A stretch of 64,000 nt of DNA from Vicugna vicugna (lineage: Eukaryota). Location: NCBI GenBank assembly GCA_013265495.1, contig MU057701.1, forward strand, positions 744,001 to 808,000, read 5' to 3'. The notes under the pieces were generated by a model. That model saw only the letters and a list, made by a program, of their open reading frames with translations. It did not search any database and was not told the DNA's origin. Made by a program: the position numbers and the translations under genes. This document shows positions 37,853 through 52,046 of this stretch, one piece after another (position 1 is the stretch's first letter; every line of letters starts with the position of its first letter).

Positions 37853-39761
37853 TACCCCAGAAACTAATACAACATTTTAAATCATTCTGTTGTGTTCTTG
37901 ATGCTTTATATTTTTCTGAAATAATTCTATTGGCAATGCCTGATTGCATTTGCTATAGGGTGGAATGTCTGGAAATGTTTGAAGGGTCAATTTTCTTACC
38001 TGGCCTTTATTGTAGATTTTGTAGTCACTTTTGCTTCGCGTTTCTGGTTTGTTTTCATTTTCTTCTTCTAATGTGGTAGTTTTCCTTTATATAGTATGAC
38101 AGAGAGGGCCACAGGGAACTTTTAGATCATTAGTGCTTTGTCTCTTTTTGATCAAAGAGATATTTTAATGGGAGAGATTATATAACTATAAGGGCAGTCT
38201 CTCTCATTTTAGCAAGACTAAAAATGTTTATATACCATTGATTTGCATGTGATGCTGGAAGTGCCTTAACTATTAGAGTTCAGCCCTCACCTACAGATAG
38301 AGAAGCTGAAGAGGTTTGCTCGAGATTGCTATGTTTGGGCTCAAACTCAAGGTCTTTTTAAAAATAAGTATTGATATTTTCACTTTTGTGCAAATATACT
38401 GAGACCCTGAGGAAAACACCGATTAGGACCTTAGGTGTTTGGCTAAAGGGCTTAGTTAGGCCTTTCTTGCTGAGCCCCCATGCCAGGGCAAATTGGATTA
38501 TGGTTCAGAAGAGGCAAAGGATCAACCTCTGCTAGAAGCTGTTGGCAGATGAGATAGGAAGATGACACAGAGGACAGGCTCATTAAATAATTACTGAATG
38601 ACTGGGGAAGACAGCTTGGGAGGGGAATGACTACAAGGAGGAAAAGTGCCCACAACAAGAAGCTACCTAAGGACCCAAGGGCTTGGGTAGACACAGGAGC
38701 ATAAAGTCAGGAGAGGGAAAGAGAAGAAACTTTACCTAAAGGAGGAGATGCCTACCTGCCCCTCCCTGTCTGGGAAAGTGAACTTCCATGCAAAGAAGAT
38801 GCTTGGCCCATCTCCCTCCCCACAGGCATCATCAGCGAGGGGGCTGGATTGTAAACCCACAACTCATAAGACTTTTTTAGGGAATTATTAAACATAAGAA
38901 GCAGAAGAGTTTGTTGTTATGTGTTTGGGTTTTTTTTTTTTCAGTCAGAAAATTGGGAAGAGGTGTTGCCTTTAATCTCTCCACAAGTATTTATTGACCA
39001 CCTGTTAAGGGGGCTACAGAAAGTGGGGAGAAACTCCTGCCTTGTATGCACTTGCTGTCTGGAAGAGGAGACCACCGAGCAGAAGCAAAGAGCAACACAC
39101 GTTCCCCTTGGGCCGCCCCGTGGGGGTCACTGACCATCAGTGCTCCCGGAGTTCCGTACGAGAGGCCTGCAGCAGAGCTTCCCAATCTTTGGGCGTCATG
39201 AATCAGTAAAATTTCCAAAAGACTTTGGGACCTGACATAAGACTGCCAAGTGTTTTTCCACTAGTTAACCTTTAAGAAGTACTCTTTATGTTGCCCTGAT
39301 TTTTCTCAGACCTCGCTAACCGTCACAGGGCATCAACCAGTGGGCTTGTGTTTGGAGCCACGGGCCTAGGGCATTGTCAGAGAAAGAAGGATTAGACCCA
39401 GGCTTTGAATGGGTAAGATTTATACGAGCAGAGGTAAGTACTAAAAATATTCAAAACTGCAATTAGGAAAGTTTAAATTAGTGTCATGAATTTGTTGTAA
39501 TGAATTATACTTTTCTGAGATTAATTTGCTGCTTACATGACAAATATAGTACTGACTGCTATAGCCAGGTTTCCTCTGAATTTGGTGGAATCTGTACTAC
39601 TGAAAATCCCCCCTCCCATGACTCAAGTCTCCTACGGGTTTTTCTCTTTGAACTATTGTGGACTTTTCATTTGCACAGGAGGCCATGACAACATTCTCCC
39701 TTTGCTTTGCACAAGTGCTTTTCATTAGCATATGAAAGTTATTAAAATGGTTACCTACCAT

Positions 39762-40183
39762 CCAGAAGTTGGCAAACTATGACCTGTGGGTCACATCAAG
39801 TTGGCTGCAGTTTTTATATAGCTTGCAAGCTAAGAATGGTCTTCATATTGTTTTAATGGTTAGGAGAAGAATCAGAAGAGGAATAATATTTCATGACACA
39901 TGAAAATTACATGAGATTCAAATTTCAGAGTCCATGACACCACCTGGCAGCTGGGATGTGCGTGCAGCAAGTTGCAGGGCCTGGTGCCATACGGGGGCCC
40001 AGGGGCCCACAGTGTTACATAGGAAGTAAAGGCACCAGGACGAGTCGAGAGGGACGCTGCAGAAGAAAGGAGAAGTTTGATATGCTCACCTTTAATAGGC
40101 CTTGTCTCCTGCTTTTCGAACAAGGAGAAAGCCCCCACATTTTCATTTCGCACTGGGCTTCACAAATTATGTAACTGGCCCTG
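39762..40183. mobile_element. Adjacent hAT relics (MER58-like then MER45-like)
   Basis: cagaagttggcaaactatgacctgtggg...; ...cattttcatttcgcactgggcttcacaaattatgtaactggccctg. Confidence 0.65.
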
Positions 40184-42224
40184 CCTGTACTTTCTTTGTT
40201 CAAAGCAACCACGATGATATCTCCGTTCTGAGATTGCTTTGAACGTTAAGTAAAGTAAGTAAGGTGGAAGAATTGTACAATGCCTGGACCTGGGTTTGTA
40301 CAGCACTCCAGAGTTTACACGTAGTTTCAAATACTGCAACCGTGTTGTTGTACACGATAGGATGAGATAGATGAGGTAAGTTTTATTCCAGATTTATGGC
40401 TGAGTAGAGCAAGGCCCAGGAAGGTTTCCGAGACTCAAGCCCAGGACAGGTAGCGTCAGGATTCTGTTCAGAGGTTTAAATTTGGCCAGCAGAATCAACA
40501 GCTTGATGAGGGCATTGTGACAACCGGTACAGGTGTTTTTCTGTCAGGGTCAACATGAAACAGGACATACCTCATCATTTATGGGTATTCACAAGCCTTG
40601 GACTCAAGTAATCCATGTGTGGTGGATCCAAGAATGAAAATGAACAAAACTTCAAGCATCTCTGGTCCTATATGGAAGCCAAGACCCATACACTGTAAGC
40701 AAATGGATGAAAGTATTAAGTGCCCTAAGTGCTGTAGGAGTTGTGAGAAGGACAGAGCTTCCTCTTAGCCAGGGGATCATGGAAGGCTCCCTGGAGGAGG
40801 TGGCATTTGAGATTTCCTTTATAAGATGTGTTAGACTTGAACTATGGAGGTGAGAGGGAAAGACACTTTTGTATAAAGGGAACAGCATGAGCAAAGTCAA
40901 AGCCAAGGTCAGGCAGCAAGTGGTGTCCCAGGGCAGCAAATGGTGATTGAGCATGATAGGGCCCAGGCATGAACTACCAGTAAATTCCTGCCTACATGTT
41001 TGGGACTCTGAAGTGCGGATTATACAAAAGGAAAGGCACGTAGGGCACTGCCCCTCAAATGATCAAGATGAAATCAAATTTTATTTACAGCTCTTATCAC
41101 CTGGCACGGGGGCAGCCTTAGTCACTCAGCTGAGGGGGTCTGCAGAGTTTGCAGCAAGGTTCCAAGTGATTGAGTGCCTTGAGGGTTGTGACACTTTAAT
41201 TAGGTTTGCACAGCGAGTGGTCTGTAAGATGGCCGGATAATCCAGTTCATGTCGTGGGAGTTCCTGCTATGAAGGGAGATTCTTCATGGAGGATCCTCAT
41301 CATCAGACCACTGCCGCCCTTAGGAAGGGCTGAAGAGGTGACTGGGGGCCTCCTAGGATGGAATGCTTCTCATAAGTCATGAGCTTAGAGGATAAAAATC
41401 ACTAGTTATTTTCTGGATATTGAAACGAAGAAGTCCATCAGGCCTCAAGCAAGAGGGCTCAACAGCCAACCATAATTGGGATGCAAAGAAGAGGGACAGT
41501 AGACTGGATGAAGTTGGCTAATGAAGTGTCTGTGCTGATTTGGGCTTTTTATGAACAAATGTGGCAAAGGGGTGGGCAGTCAGGCATGCCTTACATTTTA
41601 GCTGTAACTATAAAGTGGTGTAGTCTGTTCAGAAGGCAATTTGGCAATACCTACTGGAACTTAAAATTCAGATACTTGTTGGTTTCATCTGTTACTAGAA
41701 TTTATCCTACAGGTACTGGCGTGTGTCCCCACAGAAGTATATATAAGGATATTCATTTCTACCCTGTTTGCAGTAGGAAACATTTGGAAATAATTTAAAT
41801 GTCCAAAAGAATACTGGTTAAATAACTAACTATGGTACATGCGTTCCATGGTTTAGTACAGTGGAGTTTAAAAAAAGTAGCAGCTCAGCAGGTACTGATA
41901 CAGAACAGTCTCCAGAATATAATAATGAAAACAAAAAGCAAGGTGCAAACAGTGGGTTTGCTCTGATTAGTATAAATGACAGGGATATCTTTACCCTTAG
42001 AATATTCCTGGGAGAACATACGAGAAATTAGAAACATTGCTTCTGGGGAAGAGGCCTGAGTTGAAAGGGCTACTTACCTTTTCTAGTATATACACTTTTG
42101 TGTCTTTGAAATGTTTTACTGCCCAACTCCACTTGAAATAATTTTTTTTAAGTCTGTGGTTTCTGAAATACTCTATCTTGTTTTTTTATTTCTTTCTTTG
42201 TTTTTACGATTGAGTGTAGTTTTT

Positions 42225-43045
42225 TTAAATTTTTTTTTAATTGAAGTATAGTCAGTTTGCAATGTTGTGTCAATTTCTGGTGCACAGCACAATGCTTCAG
42301 TCATACATGAATATACATATATTGGTTTTCATATTCTTTTTCACTGTAAGCTACTACAAGATATCAAATATAGTTCCCTGTGCTATAACACAGTATATAC
42401 AGTATAAACTTGTTTATCTGTTTTGTATATACCAGTCAGTATCTGCAAATCTCGAACTCCCAATTTATCCATTCCCACCCCTTCCCCACTGGTAACCATA
42501 AGTTTGTTATTTATGTCTGTGAGTCTATTTCTATTTTGTAAATAAGTTCATTTGTCTTTTTTTTTTTTTTAGATTCCACATATGGGTAATATCATATGGT
42601 ATTTTTCTTTCTTTTTCTGGCTTACTTCATTTAGAATGAAATGTTGCTGCAAATGGCATTATTTTATTATTTTTTATGGCTGAGTAATATTCAGTTATAT
42701 AAATATACCATGACTTCTTTGTCCAGTCATCTGTTGATGGACATTTAGGTTGTTTCCATGTCTTGGCTATTGTAAATAGTGCTGCTATGAACATTGGAGT
42801 GCATGTATCTTTTCAAATTAGAGTTTTCTCTGGATATACGCCTAGGAGTGGGTTTGCTGGATCATATGGTAAGTCTATTTTTAGTTCTTTCAAGGAATCT
42901 CCATACTGTTCTCCATAGTGGCTGTACCAATTTACATTCCCACCAACAGTGTAGGAAGGCTCATTTTTCTCCCCACCCTCTCTGTGGGCCGTTATTTATT
43001 ATTTGTAGACTTTTTAACAATGGCCATTCTGACCTGTGTGAGGTT
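42225..43045 (-). mobile_element. L1 3' end (younger, artiodactyl/camelid type)
   Basis: Poly-T start, L1 3'UTR and ORF2-end motifs (ggctgtaccaatttacattcccaccaacagtgtagga). Confidence 0.88.
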
Positions 43046-43237
43046 GTTGTGACTAGCTTGTTTCCCTTGGCATAATGTCCTCATGGTTCATTTATGTTGT
43101 AGCATGTGTCAGAACTTCCTTATTTTTAAGGCTGAATAATATTTCATTGGGTGTATATATCACATTTTATTTATCCATTCATCCATTGATGTCACACTTG
43201 GTTGCTTCCACATTTTGGCTATTGTAAATAATGCTGC

Positions 43238-43776
43238 TGTTACAGGGGAGGAAAAACTTAACTTTTTCCCTCTACCCCCCAAAGTTCTCTGGATAGAGCC
43301 CTGCAAATTGGACTAACAAAAGATAGATTAACAAGAGAAAAACAGAGTCTATTAACAAGTGTTTACACACAGGAGAACTCACTGATGAGTGACTCAAAGG
43401 AGTGGTGAGAACTTGGTCTTATATAGAATGCTAACAAAAGGACAATAAAATTGTAGGAAATGATAAGACAAAGGAAGAGGACCTTAATCTTCCAGGGGCA
43501 GCAAACTGTGGGAAGGTAAATATGTGGGGGAAACGGATGGAAGATAAGGGCCACTTCGGTTTGCTATGCTGGGTCCTCTGGTGCCGTCTCTGGGCCAAGT
43601 CCAGTGTTGTCTCTGATGAGTAAAAGTTGTCCTCCCCTTCCTGTCTTGTGTGCGAGTGTGGGGGGAGGGCAGAGAGTTTTTCCTGTGCCTGATTTTTTTT
43701 CATTTGACCTCGGCTCAAAATAATTCTTGTGCCAGAGTGGCATATTTCAGGATGCACATTCTGAGCCCCCTCCCCA
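43238..43776 (-). mobile_element. ERV1 solo LTR (MER34-like) inserted in an older L1 (43046-44056)
   Basis: TG...CA ends; minus strand begins tggggagggggctcagaatgtgcatcctgaaatatgccactctggcacaagaattattttgagc; L1 sequence resumes after it. Confidence 0.7.
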
Positions 43777-46768
43777 TGAAATGGGTGCACAAATATGTCT
43801 TTGAGACCCTGCTTTCAATTCTTCTGATATCTACCCTGAAGTGGAATAGCTGGATCGTGTGGTAGTTCTATTTTTAGTATCTGGAGTAACTGCCACACTG
43901 TTTCTCACGGCAGCTGCACCATTTTACATTCCCACCAGCAGGACACAAGGGTGCCAATTTCCCCACATCCTCGCCAACACTTGCATTTTCTGTTTTTTGG
44001 AGATAGCAGCCATCCTAATAGGTGTGAGGTGGTTTCTCACTGTAGTTTTGATTTGAAAGACGTTGCTTCTTCAGCTCTAACTCCCAGCAGCAGCTCCATC
44101 ACTTCCCCTCTAACCTAAGCAATAATTCTCTCCCAGTTGGATTTCTACTCAGTGCTCTCCCAGCGTCCAGCCTTGCCCCCTACAGTCCATTCTCAACATA
44201 GCAGCTGGGGTGATCCTGTTAAAAAATAAGACAAAGCGCGTCTGTCTCCTCTTTCAAACCTGAAGGTCCTAGGTCCTCCTTACTCCTCTCCCTCCCCGAC
44301 CTCACCTGCTCAGGCTTGCTGCCTGCTCTTTCTTCCTGGATGTCTTCTTCCCTTAACTGACTGGGCTTTGTGCTCATTGTCACCTCAGCGAAGCCTTCCC
44401 TGACTTCCTTATTGGAAATGACAACCCCTCTTCGACACCCAGGATGACACTTCCTAACGTCTTCCCTCACAAAGATACTGTTCACTATCCTGCATACCCT
44501 GTATTTTACTTATTAACCTGTTTTCTGTCTGTCCATTTAAGCACCATAGGGGCAGAATTCCTGTCTTGTTCTCTGCTGAACCCCAAGCACAGGTCAGGGC
44601 CTGGCGCACGGCGGGCACTCATTAGTTGAAAGAGTGAGGAGATCGGCCAGGGCCACAAGAGGAAGAAACGAAGCCCTCCGCTGCCCTGACATTGCTGACA
44701 GCGAGCCACCAGGCAGCTCTAGGGCCACTGATCTAGTTTATGAGCAGCCTTGCCAGTGGGCACCCCTTGCTGGCTAGAGGATCATCTCAGCGAAGGGAGA
44801 AGGGTTCTTAATGTGAGGGTTCAAGTACACTTCCTTCTAAGCTGGTCCCCCTCGTCTTATTTGTCTGAGTTCCTGCACCTCTGCTTTACAGTCACGGATA
44901 TAAACAGGTGTGGGCAACAAAGGAAGGACAGGTGTTGGCGATGTCCGTCTTCCCTCCCTCCCCGTGGCTGCCCACCCAAAGGCAGCGGGGGAGGGTGGGG
45001 GCAGTCAATGCTACTTGAGCAAAAGTGGTTGGGTCTTAGTTTGGTTACAGGACTCCTCCCAGAGAGTTTTGTTAGCAGTTAGAACTAACCACATAGAAGT
45101 AGAGATCATCCTGGGAGAGTGAAATCACTTGAAAGCATAATGGTGCAGAAACACGTTATGAATATATGTTTCCCTTCAATTAAGATAAAAGTTTAAGAAA
45201 AATAAGTTTGATTCCTTCAGTGTAAGTGACCTCAATAATCAAAGCATTTATTTTTAACCTGAGCCAAGACCCTGATCCCACGTGGTTGTTTTTCTTATTT
45301 CTTTTCTCCTTTCACTTAACACCGTTAATGAGAGTTACCGGTGATTGGGGCTGACCAGGGCTGACCGAGTGGAGAGGCGATAGAAATGCAAACAGGTCTG
45401 TTCAGTGAGGTTTGTGATTCTGAATGCAGACCAGAGGATGCTGGCTTCTGCCTTTGTAAATGCTGAGTACTCATTCAAATGCAGAATATTCCACTTTTAG
45501 CTAGGAGCTAAGGAGTACCAGATTTATAGACCTCTTATTCTTGGTCACCCTTGGGGGGTGGAAATTGCTTTATTATAAAACACATAATTTAACACATATC
45601 CCCCTGGATTTCGCCTCAGTCTTCTGGCTGAAGACCCCCAATTTTTTATCTCCAGCTCTGATTTTCCCACTAATTCCCAGATTCACATTTCCATCGTCTA
45701 ATTAACATCTCCTATTAGATAACTCAAGCTTGAAACACCCAAAATGGAACTCTTGATTTCCCCCCACACCTGTCCCCCATAAAATATTTCAAAGGCACCC
45801 TTCCCCTTCATTTCCACCACAGCCGTCTTTCCACGTCTCCATCATCTCTCACCCTCCCCCTTGCAACTGTCCCTGACTCCTCTGCCCACTTCCCCTCCAG
45901 CATCTCTCCACATCCGAGAAAGGGATCCTAAAACGGAAATCAGACTGGCTCACACCCACCCTTAAAGCTGACCCTGACGTGCTGATACATGCTGCGATGT
46001 GGATGAGCCTCGAAAACATGAGGTAAAGCAGAAGAAGCCAATCACAAAAGGCCATATAGTGTGGGGTTCCATTTATACAAGATGTCCAGAACAGGCAAAT
46101 CCATGGGGACAGAAAGCAGGTTAGTGGTTGCCAGAGGCTGTAGGTGGGGTGGGTGGAGGGAGGAATAGGAATTCTTATTACAGGGGGGAATTCTATGATA
46201 TATGAATTTTACCATAGTTTAAAAAAAAACGGGGGGAGCTTCAGTGGCTTCTTATTACAGTCTTTAAAATCCGACTCCTTACCCTGGTCCACAAAGCCCA
46301 ACATGGGGGCCCCGGCTCCCTGTCCTTACACTGTGAGCCTCGCCCGCAGCCCTGCTCCGGGCATCCTTGCCACACCTGCCGCCTGCCCTTTGTTCAGGCT
46401 GTTCCCTCCCGCCTACTGCTGTCTCCAGCCCCACCACAGGGCTGCCTCCTTCCTAGCCTCTGGGTCTGCACCCTCGAGAGGCTTCTTTCCTAACCGTTCT
46501 CTCTCTGCGTCCGCTCTTTGCTTCCTTCCTAGCACTGATCTCGTTACTGACTCATCTGCTTGGGCCTTCGGCTGTGCCCGTTAAACTACACGAGTTCCGT
46601 GAGGGCAGGACCAGGTCTGTCCTGTATTTCCAGAATCTAGTCAGCACCTGGTGACTGCCGACAGCCTCAAAATTTACAGAATGAATGTGAAAAAAAAAAA
46701 AAACCTACTTTTTGAGTGTAGAATAAATGACTGAATGAAGCTTTGAATGTTAAGAATACAGGCCCTTT

Positions 46769-47033
46769 GGTGTCTGTGGCTTCACAGGCCCCGGGCAGGG
46801 CAGCTAGTCTTTGACTTCGTTATTTACTCGTCTACAGTGCTGTACCTCGTAAGAAAGATGATACCCCCAAAACTAGTAAAATGAACCCATGTATTGGTAT
46901 TTAATGTGAGCCCATTTGCTACTAAAATTTATTTTTTTATAGAAGTATCTGTGTTCTGTTGAACCTGTAATTTATACATTCACTTAGTATCTGAAAAAAT
47001 ATGAAAATATACAGAATATAAACTTAAAAAAAA
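46769..47033 (+). pseudogene. Short retroposed insert (probable 3' end of an unidentified mRNA)
   Basis: Exact 17-bp TSD aagaatacaggcccttt (46752-46768, 47034-47050), poly(A) tail, AATATA upstream of tail. Confidence 0.7.
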
Positions 47034-47539
47034 AAGAATACAGGCCCTTTCTTTGCACTTTGTCATGGGCAAAAACACACGTACTACCTATGTGAGATTG
47101 TACAGGCAGGAACTGGACAAAGTGTGTGTATCATGCAGGTGTCTGCTGAGGCTAACTTGTGCTCAGGACTTGGCTAAAAGCTGCTGGTGACAGGATGTAG
47201 AACGTGGCCTGCCCCTGAGGAATACACTACTTCTTAAGCAGCGAGCAGCCCTCTTTCAGCACAAAGGCTAATTCAGGAAAAATACAAGTGTTTACAGGCC
47301 TCATTTGTTTTCCTCAGTTAAGATGACATGAGCTCTACTGAGTGCTATAGAAAGAGACCAAATATTCTTACAATTAGATAACTTCGTTTATTGACTTGAA
47401 GAATTTCATTGAAGAAATTGTGCCTCGTTACAGGAAAGCAGCTGGGTCTGCTGAGCAAGCAGCTTTCTAACCTTCTTACCTTATTTTTGGATTGTGCTTT
47501 AGTTCATCACATGGCCTTCCATGCATTAACTTATTTCTT

Positions 47540-47820
47540 CTTTTAATTAACTTCTCCAGGTATTCTATTATTTCCACTTTGCAGATAAGGAAACTGAGGC
47601 TCTGAGAGGCCAAATGACTTGGCCTAGAAACAACAGAGCCAAATGTCTTCATTCACTGTTTAACTTTTAGCTAGTTACTTGGCCTCACTAAGCTCCCTTT
47701 CCTTGCTTCCCTCTAATCCTACCCCATCTACCTGGGGGATTGCAGTGCAAATTAAACGAAATAATGCATAGAAAATGCCTGGCTCTGGTCATTAGCCTCT
47801 AATCAAGATATGCTATTACT
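47540..47820. mobile_element. Two MIR fragments in opposite orientation
   Basis: cagataaggaaactgaggctctgagaggccaaatgacttg core; second arm ttaaacgaaataatgcatagaaaatgcctggc. Confidence 0.6.
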
Positions 47821-50800
47821 GTGATTTTTTTTTTCCATTTAATGTCAGGCTGACACTGCCCTTCCCAGGTAGCCTGGGGACTCAGGCCCCTGCTCTCTGC
47901 TCTGCATCCAGGTTTCCTGAAAGGCCAGAGACCTGACCACTGGAGCTGAGGGCTGGGATCACAGGGTCAAGAAAGCCACAAACATGGTCCTTCCAGCCTC
48001 TCCCTACACGTTCTTCATACCACACAGATGCTCGGTGCAATGGAATTTCCAGCCTGGACAGGGGAAAGGAATGTATATTGAGGCCCACAATAGCCAGAAA
48101 AATAATCCAGCCTGGCCCCATTCCCAGGGCCAGGCGTTCCTGATGTCGTCCAGACCAGAGTCCACACCCAGTCACCTCTAACCAGCAGTCCAGCCACCCC
48201 GGACTTCTCCTGAAACCACCCTCTCTCGGGGCAGAGTGTGTGCTGGCAAGACTCAAAGGGCAGGGGTGAAAGGGCCCAGACAAGAGAGGAGGAAAGAAGG
48301 CCCTCTCCCTTCCAGTCTCCTCCCCACCCCTCGGCAGCCAATGCTCTGGGACCACAGCACTTCAGCCAAGGCTGTTTGGGGGCAGAAGCTCTGCTCACCC
48401 CATCCCTGCAGTAGATACTGGGAAACTAAAGCAATTCTGGAGATAAAAGTGTTTCCTCAAACCCTTCTTTCCACTGTAGGTAAATGAGGATTGTCTCTGT
48501 TCTCTACTTTGTGCAGCCATAGCAACCAGGTATCTTTAAACTTTCATGTTTCTTGAAGCCCTGAGCCCCTTAATAAAGAGCAGCTAATCTCTATGCACTT
48601 TCATGCTCTTATCCATGCAGAACAGTCTCTGTCCTGTGCCCTGGGTGTCGCCCTTTGTGGTAATTGTATACCCTGTTCTTTCACGTAAAATGAGCTCAGT
48701 GACTTTATTTTTCCCTTTAGAAACCACCAATGAAAGAAGTAACTCTGTGAAGTTTAGATTGCTTAAAAACTGGTTTATAAAATTAAAAAGCTATCTTAAG
48801 CTGGTACTCCTGTGCACCTTAGTATTACGATGTAACGCTATCTTTCTGATTACTTTTGTAAATGAATCAGTGTTTGACGACAAAAGAGGGCTGGAAAGCC
48901 AAGGTGATTGCCCTCGCCTAATTGAAAGTGTTATGCTTTAGACTAACATATGATCTCAAGATAATTTCAATTTAGAGGCTTTAAAATATAATTTAGGTTT
49001 TCTACTACAAAATACATTGCAAGGGAGTAATGGGGGAAGGGTAAACTATAAACTTAAAGAGATTTAAAAGATATGTCAATCAATTGCAATATGGGAACCT
49101 TATTTAGACCTCAGTTTAAACAAACAAACCTAGAAAATGCATGACGTGTATAAAACAGAAGGTTGACTTCTGATAAGATACTTGATGATAAAAGGAATTT
49201 TTCCTGATTTTGTTTTAGGTGCTTTATGTTTTCAAAAGGGAAATCTCTGTCTTTTGGAGATATATACTAAAATATTTATGTAAGAAATTATACGATTTCT
49301 ATAAATTTGTTTCAAAATAATATGGGAAGGGGAAAAGTGGGGGTTCAGATGAAACATACATGTCCATGAATTTGATGACTGTCGACTCTACAGATGGGTT
49401 CGTGGGGATTCATTATGCTAGTCCCTCTACATTTGTATGCATTTGAAGTTAATTTCCCATAATGATTTAAACAAGGAATTAAATACACACTTTCAATCAA
49501 TACAAGATACTTTCTAGAGATAGGGTTTTTCTGGCTTATTCTAGTCTATTTGTAAAAATGTATTGAAGTGGCCAATTAGCCCTGCCCACAGCAGAGAGGG
49601 TTGGAGCCAAATTCCTATTAGAGTTCAAGTCTTGGAAACTATTTACTTTGTATTTTTAAGTAAATGAGTCACACCTAAATACCTCATTTTTTATCAGTAT
49701 ATAAAACTTCACTATAAATAGTGCTTTATATTCACCGTGACCCGTAGGGGAATGTGGCCACAAAAAACTCAAGGAGGAAGCAAGCAGGATGAGCTGAGTG
49801 ACTTGTTCAGGGTAACTACCCACTTCCAGGGATGCACTGGGCCTGGCTGCCTCTGTGGGGCCCACACAGTGAGAGGTTTACTCAGAGAAAATCTTTGCTG
49901 GAGTTGCTGTCTTCATAGGAATATGTTTCTCTCTCGCTGCCTTCTCACTTTCACTGAGCTAGGAAAAGCTGGAGGACGGGCCAGAACCTCGTGTTCCTGA
50001 TGCAAGTAAGGACTTATGGCAGGTCCAAGGTAGATGCTCGGAGGATAACCAGTGTGAGGGTGCTGAGTGGGGCCAAGGGCTGGGACAGGAATGACGTCAA
50101 GACCACTGCAACCCTGCAAAGAAGGCACAATTTTGTGTTCATGGAGCTTGTGACTGAAAGCAGGGAATCGGCCTAGATGTGTAGGGGTCAGGACCAAAGT
50201 GGAGTCAGAGGCAAGGAACCTGGGAAAGTAAGCTACATCAAAGGCACTGATGGATCCAGGATTTCCCCACATCTTTACCTGGTGATAGTCTCCCTGGGGC
50301 CTCGCCTATCTTCTGTTCAGATGGATAAGCCATTCAAGTGTTTGTTGATTGTAATCCTCTGGTATTAAGAGACCACTCCTCATTTAATCTATTTGTTTGA
50401 TTTGGAAGTCCTCTAAATCCTTACTGTTCAAAGCATGGTCAGCAGATCAGCAGCAGCGGCGCCCCCTGGGGTTGGAAGTGGAGAACTGTTGTCTTAACTC
50501 CCGACCTACAGACTCAGAATCTGCATTTTTTAACAAGAACTCTCAGAATGTAACAGGCGGATTTCTTCAGGGGGACCCTGCATGGTTCAGTGTTCACACT
50601 TTCACTTTCTGTGGTTGCTTAGTCTTTCTGGGGAACAGTTATCAATATGCACCTTAAAATGGGCATATCCTTTAATCCAACAATTGCATTTCTAGGAATT
50701 TATCAGAGATGTGTACAAAGACAGACATGAAAAGGATATTCATCATAGTGTTACTTATAGTAGCAAAAAGCAAAAACAAGCTAAGTAGCCAACTATAGAG

Positions 50801-50925
50801 TAATAATTTATAGAAAGAAATTCTATGCAACCATTAAAAATCACATTGTGTAAGAATATTTATTTGCATAGGAAAATATACACGACGTATTGAGTAGAAA
50901 TAAACAGGCTTCAAAATAGTTTATG

Positions 50926-51050
50926 GAGGGGAGAGGGTATAGCTCAGTGGTAGAGGGTATGGAGGGGAGAGGGTGTAGCTCAGTGGTAGAGGGTATGGAG
51001 GTCCCGGGTTCAATCCCCAGAACCTCCTCTATTAAATAATAAAACCTCCA

Positions 51051-51086
<36 letters not shown>

Positions 51087-51146
51087 ACCTAATTATCTCC
51101 ACCCCTCAAAATAAATAAAAAACAAATAAGCAAATAAATTAAAAAA
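50926..51146 (+). mobile_element. Vic-1-like SINE with duplicated 5' head
   Basis: TSD aaaatagtttatggag/aaaacagtttatggag; (TAAA)n tail. Confidence 0.85.
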
Positions 51147-51456
51147 AAACAGTTTATGGAGTATGATACTGTTTATCCAAAGAAAAACTATATAGACATG
51201 GGAAAATAAATAATGATTATGTTTGATGAGTAGAATTATGGGTGATTTTCTTTGTGGTTTTCTAAGTGTTCTGCAATGAACAGTTATTTCCTATTGTAAT
51301 TAAGAAAACAATTATTCTCTTTAAAAAAAAAGTGAAGGGAAGGCATGCAATTTACAAGGGAAACTATTCCATTAACATGGGAAACAAAAGAAAATGAGAA
51401 AATGTTCCCTTTTAATAATCGTCACCTTCCTGGCATTATTTAGACATTATTGTCAT

Positions 51457-52045
51457 TGTTGTGGGTTGACTTATGTCCGCAGAAAGATTTGTTAAAGCCT
51501 TAACCTCCAGTATCTATGAATGTGACCTTTTTTGGAACAAAGGTCTTTGCAGATATATGAGGTTAAGATGAGGTCATACTGGATGAGAGTGAGCCCTAAA
51601 TCCAGTGACGGCTGTTCTTATAAGAAGAGACACAGTGGGGAGGATATAGCTCAAGTGGTAGAGCACACGCCTAGCATGCACAGGGTCCTGGGTTCAATCC
51701 CCAGTACCTCCTCTAGAAAGAAAGAAATAAAACTAATTACCTCACCCCCCTTGAAAAAACAAACAAAGAAACAAAAACACAAACAAACAAAAAAAAGACA
51801 AAAATATAAAAGAAGAAGAAGAGACACAGGCACAGATACATGTGGAGAAGACCATGTGAAGATGGAGGCAGATTTGGAGTGATGGGTCTACAAGCCAAGG
51901 AATGCCTAGAATTACCAGCAACCACTAGATGCTGGGAGGGGCAAGGAAGCATCCTCCCCTGAAGCTTTCAGAGCGAGCACAGCCCTGCCAACACCTTGAC
52001 TTTGAACTTCTGGCCTCCAAAGCCATGAGGGAATAAGTTTATTTT
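51457..52045 (+). mobile_element. MaLR LTR (MLT1B/C-like); its last ~58 bp lie inverted at 52598-52655
   Basis: tgttgtgggttgacttatgtcc...gccaacaccttgactttgaacttctggcctcca. Confidence 0.85.
51636..51812 (+). mobile_element. Vic-1-like SINE nested in MLT1 LTR
   Basis: TSD aagaagagacacag on both sides. Confidence 0.88.
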
Positions 52046-52046
52046 A

